Source: Camelus dromedarius (Eukaryota). From it: a DNA stretch of 64,000 nt. Made by a program: the position numbers and the translations under genes. The notes below the pieces were generated by a model. The model did no database searches. It had not been told where the DNA came from and saw only the letters and a program-made list of their open reading frames with translations. The first letter of the stretch is position 1. The number at the start of each line of letters is the position of its first letter. The DNA lies in contig NC_087437.1 in assembly GCF_036321535.1 (NCBI RefSeq), forward strand, positions 39,496,001 to 39,560,000. The letters run 5' to 3'. Shown here in pieces: positions 40,386 to 51,200 of this stretch.

Positions 40386-41904
40386 GTAACTTAACCCTGG
40401 ACAATCTGAGTTCAATTCTATCTCTGTGGCATAATGCCTGGAGAGGCATGGACCTCATTTTACAGAATTAGCCCCTCGAATGACTATGTATATATGTGCT
40501 AATTAAGACAGAGTACCTACTAATTATACTTAAAATTTGCCATGTTTGAATAGATGTGGTCATAGGAATTGAAGTCAAATGAATTAGAGGTTTGTTAAAC
40601 AACATCATAATTTGCATGACTGACACTCAGGCCTGGGAGAATAAAACATTTCAATTGATTTTGATTTAAAATTGCTTAGACTGAAATTCCTGGGTCATGA
40701 GCAGTATTATATGGCCAAAATGGAACAGAATGATTTTATTTCTTAGTTTTATCTTATTTGTGCTCTAACATATAACCAGCCTTTGAATGATTTTTTCCCC
40801 TAAAAAATAACTGTTTTATATTATGATAACTAAATTTAGACCCTACTGATATTCCCAAAGCCACAATAAGGGAACAAGCTGGGAACTGCATTATTTTACC
40901 TTCAGAATGGCCAGAATTATTTCAAACTTCAGCTTTTGATGACTTCATGCATGAATAACAATGCAGTTAGTTTTACTAAAAAAAAAAAAACACGACGAGG
41001 CTGGCCTTTCCTATTTGCAAACCCATCGCAGTTAAGTCCTTCATAATAAAATAAAGAATTATTTTATGGCCTTGATGTTCAAATGTCAAAGATGCTAAAT
41101 TTGCTGCACAAAATTTGACAACTTGACTTGAAAAAAATTTTTCCTATTAATATTAATAGATCTGTTAAAAAAAAAAAGCATCTGGACAGTTCATTTAAAT
41201 GGCCACAAGAGAGCAGTAAGAAATTAAAGCTTCGAAAGATGACTCATAGTCACACTTTATGTATGTGTTTTGCTATTAGGAAGAATTGAAAGACAGACCT
41301 ATTTCTATTTGTTCTTAAACTTAGAAATTTAATTTAGAATTTCTTAATTTTTTAAAGCCCTTTAGGAAGGACAAGATAGATAGCATCAGTTGAAATTTAA
41401 TGAAAAGGGCCATGAGCTAGGGCTTTTACAAACCTCAAGTTCAAGTGTGAAAATAGAAGAAAATGATTACTCTGGGCAGAGGAACATCTTGAGCAGTCAT
41501 CCGGCCCATCCCTTTGGATTATTCAAGCCGAACGAAAGGTATGTAACTCATTTACCAAGTCCCTCAGAAGAAGATCCTGGCATCTTGTTCCTAGAACATG
41601 GCCAACACATTAAAATGTTAACTACAAGGAAATATATTTTTATGCTTAATCCTATTCATGTTGTAATTTAGCTACTATTTTAATTAATATCCAGGGAGAC
41701 TTTGGACATTCCTCAAGGTCCAAGCTCCTTTTTTTTATGTGCCCTGCTCTTCATTGCCCGTACAAACTTTGCCCTTTTTACTTGGAATTTTCGATGCCAT
41801 GAATTTTTAAATGAATTTAAAAATCATGAATTTGCAAAATCACCAGCAGTAGTCCCAATATAGGAGGCGCTGTTAAGAATCAGTCTGAAAAAAAAAAAAA
41901 AGAT

Positions 41905-42660
41905 TAATGACCAGTAGAAGAGTAGACAAAGGATATAAACAGACAATTCACAAAAGTAGAATCTTAGCTTGTCAACAAACAGATGAGAAAAGTGTTCATG
42001 CTTAGCAGTAGAAAAAGGAATGCAAATTAAAGTGGGATACTTTTATATTGCTAGATAAGCACAGATTTAAAAGAATTCTAATGTCCAGTGTTAATGAGAG
42101 AGAACAGCCAGCCACTCAAACACTGGGGCATATGTTGGGACAACTTTCCTGAGGGCAGTTTGGAAATACAGATCAAAAACTTTTAAAATGTGAAATTTTC
42201 TTTGACCTAGCAACTTCATTGTTAGGAATTAATCCCACAGAAACAATCAGACAAGTACAGGTTTTAATAGTAAAAAGAATTGGAAAAATAAAAACTTAAA
42301 CTGTCTCAAAAGGAGAATTGGTTAAATAGAGCATAGCCAGACAAATGAACTCTTATGCAAATCACTAAAAATACTACAAATATATATTTATTGACATTGA
42401 AAGCCATTGGTGTATTTTAAGTTAAAATAAGGTTGAAAACAGGAAAGTATGATTTCATGTAGGGAGAAACTGTGAATGACTACCTGGAAAAATGTCTGGA
42501 TTATATATACCGAATAACAGTTATCTGTGGGTAATGGACTCACAGATGACTTTTGCTTTCTTCTGTAGAACTTTAGAGTCTACATTTGTTTTCGTTTGTT
42601 GTTTTTCATCAATTGTACAAGTTACTTATAAAATTGTAAACACACAAAAAGCTGCTTCTA
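41905..42660 (+). mobile_element. L1ME 3' end (ORF2 C-terminus and 3'UTR)
   Basis: 'gacaaaggatataaacagacaattcacaaaag', 'aatgcaaattaaa' and 'tttgacctagcaacttcattgttaggaatt'. Confidence 0.85.
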
Positions 42661-44439
42661 TATTGAGAAAAAAATTCTTAGAAAACCTTTAAAGTTGGTT
42701 TGGTGAATTTGTAAGAAGTTTGAAGTTCAATCTTCCTATAGTAAGTTTGCTGTGAAGACACCAGTCAAAAATTATGATCTGTGGTTATCAACATTTTCTG
42801 AATAGAGTAATATGAAAGAAAAATACATAACATCGAGCTACCAGGCAGTCTGCAGCTTGTGTCTATATGTTGCGAATACAGCTAGATGAAAATTAAACAG
42901 CCAAACAAATATTCAGAAGGTTGATTTTCTTCATAATGTAAATGGGATTGCTTCTTAAGAGGAAAATAAATCCTCCCCACCCCTTTTACCCAAGAATAAG
43001 CCAGTGACCTGACATCCAACCTATTTCATTTTTTCTAGATGTTCTATATGATCATATTCTCATTGATTTTCAGGCCCATATTAAACCTACCATTAATGTA
43101 GTGAAATGTATCTTTTGAAAGGGCTTTTACTGAATGTGGCATTTGTGTAGCTGAAGCTCTCTCCCACAATGCTACCTTCTCAGCGACTGCAGACTCAGAA
43201 AGGGATACTGTTTCCTCCTATAAGCTACTCGGCCATTCTGCATTTTCAACCCAGTTCAGATTATATGACTTCTAAAATGATCGGCTAGTGAATATCTTGG
43301 ATATACCTAGTACTAGATTAGACCTCAAAACAAACTACGAGATAAATATTAGCCTCAATGTGAGATGGCAAACAGGCTCAGTACGTTGCCCGTGAAAGGA
43401 TGAATGACGTAGAGGAGGTAGGAGGGTAACCCTTGCACTCTATGGACCCCACAACTTTGCAGGGTTTTTTTTTTTTTTTTTTAACATGAAAGAGGCCCTT
43501 TTTCCCAGTTGCTCACTTTTTTCTTCATAGCATTTCCTCAGCCTTTTGAGGCCCATTTTCCTCCTACCACTGAATCCTTCTAGATGGGAGAGAAAAAAAA
43601 AAAAAAAGAAAGTAAGCAAGAAAAAAGTATATGAGATGCCTTTGAAAAGCAATATTTCAAAGTTTTGTGATTTTTCTCCCTGAGGAAACTGCGAGCTGGG
43701 CTGTGGGGGTGGGAGCAAGGCAAAGCAGCCCCGTGGGCCAGTTCGGAACCCCTGCCCCAGCTGACCACGGATGGCTTGTATCACCTTGAAATAACTGCCC
43801 ACTTGTACTTTATGGTTCCCCGTTTATGAAATCTGAACAGGCGTTTTTGCCACCCTCATTGGACAGTTACAACTCCACTCCCCTTAAAAACATATTTTAT
43901 CCTTCCTAGAAAAATGTAAAAATTGTGTCCTGGTGATGTGAACACAGAAAAGGAAGTAAATGCCTCTGTTTTATCCATCACATCTGAAAATGTCTTTAGC
44001 TGCCAATCAAATTGTGTTCGATAGCCAGCGCTTTTGAATATCCTCATCTGTGATGGCCCAGAAGTGGGACGTTGAAGTCTGGACCACACAAGGCAGAGAG
44101 CAGCGCCCTCGGTGATGGGTAAATGCACTAGTCATTTCCAGTCCTCCTTCTGGCTGCCTTTGAAAAGGAATTACTTCAGCATGCCCTGAACTTTGCCCTC
44201 TCTGGTAAAGAGGTTCCTTGAACTTCAGAGGATCTGCTGATTCTTACCACCGTCTCTCCCCACCCCCTTTCTTTCCTGGTCCCCAAACACCACTCTCTTG
44301 CCATTCCGAGGCCTTTTGTTAGTGCATGCTTTTAAACAATATGCTGAAAACCAGAAAATAAGTTTGAACTTTAAAAAAAAATCCAGAAGGAATGAAACAA
44401 AGACATTCAAACAGCAAACGGGCAGGAAGGCAGAGGCAG

Positions 44440-44740
44440 GGGAGATGAAGCGGGCGGGGCGGAGGGTGGGGCAGGGGATTAGAAGCACCAGTACTTCCTT
44501 TTCTACGGGCTCGCTGGGCTTGGGTGAGTCACCTAACATTAATCTTGTCTGAAAAAGGGGATGTAGGAACACTTCCTTAAAGAAATTCTATGTGAGCAGA
44601 TACGGTAATATATAAAACCTCTTTGAAAAATGTTCCCAGAAAAACTCCAACTATTATTTTTATTCCTCAACTTGCTTAGCTTTCGCGTTTCAGAAACTGT
44701 GGCGATGTACCTTGCTGACATTAAAACAGCGGAAGTGATA
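44440..44740 (+). promoter_or_regulatory. Candidate Pol II promoter/enhancer module
   Basis: GC boxes/G4 GGGCGGGGCGGAGGGTGGGGCAGGGG 44452-44477; AP-1 TGAGTCA 44525; ETS ACTTCCT 44571; TATATAAAA 44609-44617; CTTTGAA 44621; STAT TTCCCAGAA 44633; CGGAAGTG 44730. Confidence 0.55.
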
Positions 44741-44879
44741 TCACTAATTTGGGGGGAAACTTGGCTTTTTTAGTAGAGCTAATAAGTTATACGGCAAGTA
44801 TGAGGTTGCTTAACCTAGTTAAAATAAAATATCAGATTCCAATTCCACTAACATTCACGAAGGACCTAGCGTGTGTTGG

Positions 44880-44881
<2 letters not shown>

Positions 44882-44935
<54 letters not shown>
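44882..44935. repeat. (TC)~27 microsatellite
   Basis: Read directly. Confidence 0.97.
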
Positions 44936-44937
<2 letters not shown>

Positions 44938-45129
44938 CACTAATAGAAACTAAATGTATGTCGGGTAACAGAAACTTAATGAATGTCGGGCTCTGGCAAG
45001 AATTAAGGTAACTGTAGAAACAAGGGAATGAAAATTAATCGGCCCTGAGTTCATTGTAGTAGATTAAGACCAGTTCTGAGCTATTTTTCTGGCTAGTGGA
45101 CTTAAGTAATTCAAAGATTTGGTTTTTCA

Positions 45130-45782
45130 TCTATCCATCCAACAAAAATGTACCAAGAGGCTCTAGCAGGCCAGGCAATGGCTCACTAAGAATAAGATAA
45201 CGTCCCCTCCTTCGTCAGGTAGCACACATTCCTGTACAGGAAGATAAAAAATAAACAAGTAAGCCAATGAAGTAACTGACAATATTAGAGAGTAATGAGT
45301 GCTGAGAAGGAAATAAAATTAGGTCGTTGAAGGAGAAACCGCCAAAGGATTCTTTAGATAAGGTGGTCCAGGGAAGAGTTGTTTGAGTTGGTGGCATGAT
45401 GGGTCAGCTGAGATCCAAAGGGTGACTGAGAAGTCACAGTAGTGCGATGAGGCAGAAAAAGAGGGAACAGCCAGCTGAAGGTTTTCAAGGCAGAGCCAGG
45501 AAGAAAGCCATCAGGTATAAAATACAGTGAGCAAAGGGGAAAGTGGTAGGAACAGAGGTCAGGGAATCTAGTGAGCCTAGATTATGTCAGGTTTTTGATG
45601 TCACCAAAAGGAGTTTGGATGCTGATCAGCATGCAATGAAAAGTCACTGGAGGATTCTAGCAGGAGAAAGAAAAGATCTTCTTTCCATTCCTTTTTTAGA
45701 GAAAATTCAGGCTCCTCTGTGAGGATGGATTGTGGGACAGCAAGAATGAAAGGAAGGAGGGGAGTTAGGAAGCTCTGTAAGT
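45130..45782 (-). mobile_element. L2 3' region
   Basis: 'atccatccaacaaaaatgtacc...aggccaggca', 'ttagataaggtggtccagggaag' and 'aaggagtttggat...cactggaggattctagcagg'. Confidence 0.8.
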
Positions 45783-45785
45783 GAA

Positions 45786-45848
45786 CTTATAGGCTTACGT
45801 AAGCTTATGTAAGACGCTTACATGAGTTTATATAAGAAGCTACGTAAG
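45786..45848. repeat. Degenerate tandem array of a ~10-12 bp palindromic unit (GCTTACGTAA)
   Basis: GCTTACGTAAGC 45793-45804, TTATGTAA 45805, CTTACATGAG 45817, TTTATATAAG 45827, GCTACGTAAG 45839. Confidence 0.8.
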
Positions 45849-47559
45849 TCAGGTGAGCAAAAACAGTGCCAGAGACCAGATTCAGCATGTGATGTTGGGT
45901 AGGACTGGGGGGTTTTATGCTACATTTAGAAACCTTTGGCAAAGTTCCTTGGAAAGATAGTGATAATTGTCGCATCAAATGAACTTGGCAACAGTCAGAA
46001 TTAAAGCACAAACCAGATAAACCACAGCTCTACACCAGAGAAACGCTTTCTCTTTGAGTTCAATTCATTATGATTCTCTTCTCCAACTTAAGAGCCTTGT
46101 ACCGGAACTGGTCATGTGGATAATACTTACTCTTGCCTTCCCCCCACCCCACTACGACCCCTTGGATTCTCCATCTCCCCAGCCATTGCAGGCAGAGAAG
46201 AGGAAGGTAGGGTCAGTAAGCTGCTCACATTAACATGGAAAATGAGAAGGAGAACTGTTAGCAGAACGTAGATGCTCTGTCTGGACTTCAATAAGGCTAT
46301 AATCAGAACCACATTGCTTTGTAACAGGAAATCTGGGCTTCGAAGAACTGCAAAGTGGAGATTTACCAACTGACCTAATCAGGCAAAGAAAATGTCAAAC
46401 TGCAATAACAGATTTTTGTACTCCTGTCTGCCTAAAGAGCAGAGGTTGGGGCCCCTGCCCAGCATAGATCACAAAACACACAATTATCCAGGCTCCATGT
46501 TTCAGTAAAGCGTTTTGGTTAAATGTGCCAGATATTGTTAAAAATACAAAGAACCCTGTTCATAAACACCAGGCCTTCTACTGATCCAAAGGCACATGTT
46601 TATTTGTGTGGTCAGTGGCCTGCATATTTTAAGAATCATGTAAATAATAAAGTCATACTACTTTATTTGGTAAGGGTGAAATTGATGCCCAATAATCAGA
46701 CACATTTGTGGGCTGCACATATGCTATTGGTGAGAAATGGTGACTGAATGCTTGGGAGAGAATTTATAAAGACATAATTCAAAATTTACATCTTTCTTTA
46801 TGGGAAAAAGGACCTGCCTCTTCTTTGCTTCATGAACACAAGTAAAATATAGAAATAGTAACAATAACAATAATAATAAACCTATTGGGACTACACCTCC
46901 AAAGAAAAAGAAATGCAGCAGTTCAAGGCCAGTCAGACCATTAAATCTAATCACAATATTTGAATTATTTCTTACGACTTACCTTAGGGGAAAAAAGTAG
47001 GTAAGTCTACTTCTGAGACTGAGACAATTGATAGTTTCCCCATTTGAACTTAACCAGACAGAAAATTAAAGTTGAAAAAGTCTTCAATTTCCCAGAAGAG
47101 TGCCCAGTCATAATTAGCTTTTAGAATATTTAGATGTTTCCTTGAAACGCTTTCACATTTGTTTTCAGCCAATAGATAATTCTTTTTGAAGCCAAATGTT
47201 TGACTGAGTAACTCTTTTTTTTTTTTTTGTATGTAACCCTACCCCCCACCTCCGCTCTTCTGTCTATAGAAACTGCAAGCTCACTGCTGAGAGCTGAGTC
47301 CAAGCTAAAGCCATCACCAGTTGTCAACCAATTTTCATTAAAGTGCTAATAGGAAAGGCAACATTCATTTTCTCTCTCTATATATATGTATTTTTAGGTT
47401 GTCTATTTTTACATATTTCTTTTTCTTAGACCAAGCCAGAGATAAGCTGAAATTAGCATATAAATAACTCAATCATTTTTGAATTTTTTGGTAAAGTGTG
47501 GCTGATCATTTGTGATCTTTGCCCCTATATCTGGATGGCAGACTTTCCACTTTTGCAGA

Positions 47560-48250
47560 CAAAAGTTGACATCTCCACCTCAATCACAGCATACTTCCTC
47601 TTCGAGACTGACTGAGACCTTCTCGCAGAAGGCACCAGGTAGCTACTGCCGAGACATGAAAGCTAGTTAAGGAGGGGAAACCTCCTTGCTCTTCCTGACC
47701 TATATGCAAATGGCAGTGAGTTTTCTCATATGAGAGTAAACATACGAGAAACAGCATCTCTAGATCCCATTCATGTCATATTTTCTCAATAAACTGCCAA
47801 AGAGAGAGCTGAGCGAACGTCTCCAGGACTGAAAAACACGGAAGATCGGAAGATCAGAGAATCTGGACATGGTGAAAAGAAAAATTGAAAACAAAAAACA
47901 AAAAAACCCCACATCATCCAAATAGGCTAACGGATGCAGAAAAGTCAATAACAAGATGGTCAAAACGGAAGTGTGAAGCACTTAATGGAGTTGGGATCAA
48001 GCAACATCCCTCCAAGTCATCATGCTGCTACCGCCAAGTCACGTGGTATATTTCGGCTTTTGTTTGTGAACTACAGCTTGAGGGGGCTGAGACGGTTGGT
48101 GTTGTTTACAGGATTAATCTTCCCTGGATTAATGGAGATCAGATCAGATGAAATGTTTGGCTTTGATTTGAATCCACTGACCAGAGGGGTTTTGGGGGTA
48201 TCAGAACTAATAATAAGTAAAGCAGGAAACAATATCTTTGATCATTAAAA
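47560..48250. promoter_or_regulatory. Candidate enhancer or alternative promoter motif cluster
   Basis: ATGCAAAT 47704; (CGGAAGAT)x2 47839; CGGAAGTG 47966; CACTTAA 47979; GTCACGTGG 48038; TGTTTAC 48103; GGATTAATC 48111; GGATTAAT 48126. Locally retained CpGs. Confidence 0.45.
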
Positions 48251-51200
48251 GGAAAGGAAAGAAACTTGCAACTTGAGGTGTGCATTTAAAGAGTTCATTC
48301 TGACTTAAATACTTCACATACATAGATCCAGGCTAAAATAAGACTAATATTTGAGTATTAACTTATTAACTAGTGATATGGATTAAGAACTCTAAACCTT
48401 GATTAGAAATAATACTTAAAATATAATAATTTCATTTAGCATTCAACAATATTATTTTAGTCTGTTCAGTACTTAAAAAAAAAACCTCAAAATACACTGT
48501 TTACAACCTCATGGTTTAAAAGGGTCAAACATATACTTTGGTAGGAAGAGAGACTGACTTACAAATTTGGAAATTTTTATTGAATTACCTGAGATAATCT
48601 AGCTCTTTCCTGAATGTTAAAGATGAACAGTGCTTGCTTCCCCCCCCCAATTAATTGCATCACTCAAGAAAAATATTTAATATAAATAACCTTAAAATAT
48701 TAACTAAAAGTTACTTTCCAGAATGTATTGTTTATTCTATGGTATTACTGAGTTATTTCCATAAAGCATTTAGCTAATTATGATACATTATTTTATTTGA
48801 GATGTTAGGGTAATTTAGATTTATCTAAAGCTCAAGTCCAATAAACATACGTATAAGTATTATCTTAATGTCAGTCCAGGGAGCTAGAACAACAGTTTTT
48901 ACTGTGAAAAGGAGGATGGAGTAAAACCCATTTAAATATACTGAAGAAGACTGGTGCCACTTAAATAATTATCAGTTATCGCCTTTCCAAATGAGGTCTT
49001 GAAGAATATGCTGTTGTGCTTGAATATTCACCCTTAGTTTTGACTCCTTTCTTTTTTCCGTTACTACATTCACACTTCTAACCTAGAGACTATGAATAAT
49101 AAGTAACTTGCCTCTACCTCATTGTTCAATTTTAGAATTGTGAATGACCCACCTGGGTAATGAGTGGTTTTTCACTTAGTCTCAAGTGTCTGCAGTGAAC
49201 TTCATCCTAAACCTATGTCAGAGTAAGGGGCACCTGAGAAACAAACAAAGGGAAAGATCAGAAGACAATAACTTGTCTTATTTCTGTACTTATTTTGTGA
49301 ATAAGGAACTCTCTGGCCTAAGACTCGGGGTTTGGATTTACTTTGAAAAGTATAGAATCACGTTTTAGAGTAGATTCTGCAAGCAGAACGATGTCTTACT
49401 ACTGAGTCATACTGTCTGCGAGAACTAGAAAGGATTCTTTATATTTGCTGTTTGTGTGTTTTAAGTCTTCTAAATTTTCTTTCCCAAACCAATGGAGGCA
49501 TACAAATGTTGCATTGTAAATGCACACAATGGTGTGAGCTAACCTGAAATAATATGACTCTTGTTGACTGTGACTTTAAAAAAAAAACATTTTCCCCCAG
49601 CAGCTGCTTCTGACTTCAGTTTTGAAACATTATTTCCATGCACATCCATGAATTATTTAGAATTCCTTAGTTTGTAACTCTTCTCTTCTCCTGCTGATTT
49701 TAATGCTACTTTTGAACTGTTGTCTTTAGAAAGATAAAGCATATATAAAACTGAATTCCAAATCAGCCCCTTATTTATGTAAAAAGAGTTCTCCATGAAT
49801 GCTTTTACTTTCCAGATTGACTCTGTTGTTCAGTAAAGTGAATACATTGTTCATTAGAGTTTTAATGTAAACCAATGTAAAATGAGAGTTTAGGTAGGTA
49901 CAGAATCTACAAATAAAATGGAAAACAGAAAAGAATAATTTTGCATTATAAGAATTGTGTCAGGAAACAGAAAAGTCACCAGCTTTTATCAAATTATGAC
50001 TCATCAAGGATGATCGAGCTCTCTAAAAAGTTTTCCTACCCACATTTTTCAAGTTAATCAAAGTTTGATTCTGGTATCTTTTAAACAAATATCCAAACAC
50101 CTATTCTTTATTAATATGTAGCAGTCTTAATTTCTTCAGCAAAGAAAAAGGCATTAAAACATCACTTGCTGTCTAAAGAAAAAATTAAAAAATTAATCAG
50201 CTAATGTAAATATTTCCAACAAGGGTGAACATGCACAGGCTACCCTGTAGAACAACTGCCCCTGGATTTGGGGGAAAGGCAACACCACTTGGGTGAAACG
50301 GTGCTAAGAAGCCTGGAATGGGATCTGTCTTTCCAAATCAAACCTAGCTTTCTTTGCTTTCTCTTTGTCCTCTAGCCTATTCCTTTTTCCCCTTACTTTT
50401 CTTCATATGCCATTGAAGTTTCGGCCTTCTCACTATTCAATTCAAATGGAGCAGCTAGGACCAAGCAGAATTTTCTCTTTGATTTGAATTTTCATCCAGG
50501 TAATTTGCATCCTAGAGACGTAACACCATTTCTCAAAATAAGATCTGGCAACACTCAACTGTGGGGTTCAACTGCAGATGCCAAAAATGCAAGGTGCTGT
50601 GATGGAGTTTTATAGTGTCTAGTGGAAAAACTCGTAAGTGGAATTCTTTCTCCATCAACTTTCTTACATTAAAAAGATCGATTTTTAAAAATAAACTCAG
50701 GTTTATGGAAGAATCATCAAACACAAGGGCTTGGTTCCTTAAGGCAAAGTGTCTCAGTTAAGACACATTTTTACAATTTGCTTCTATTCCAAACGTTTGA
50801 TCATTTTACTATGTTTGAGAGAGTTAAAAACTTTCTCTTCTGGTGCTTCTTGCATTCTCCAATAAATGTTGTTTATAAAAACTGTAAACAAATCTGACTG
50901 AATACATAAAATTACCATCTAAGAATAGAACCTAAAATAATCATTTCCTAAAGAATTGTAAGGTGGTAGTATTGCAGACTCAGTAGAAACTAGGTTTTGG
51001 AAATTTGTCTTGACAGTCGAGCTATGAAAAAATATTCTAGACACACATTTCAATAACACACCAGATTTCTCGATGTCAGAAATTAATACAATGTAATAAT
51101 AGAAAATATTTTAGAACATTATTAAAAGCAAAATAGGTAGATTTCATTTTAAAATTGCTATTAAATTTTAATTTGCATTATATTTTTAAGTTGACAAATT

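Noticed and set aside
44101..44118. CTCF-like motif (also ~17617, ~37758, ~61928)
   Set aside because: Each has multiple core mismatches or needs an indel, and one lies in an MLT1 LTR.
43440..44572. ORFs of 84-120 aa around the promoter-like region
   Set aside because: They run through poly-A/T tracts (poly-K/F), mostly have non-ATG starts, and resemble no known protein.
46977..47008. Inverted splice-donor-like pair GACTTACCT/AGGTAAGTC
   Set aside because: A 9-bp IR is within chance expectation, and no linked exon could be built.
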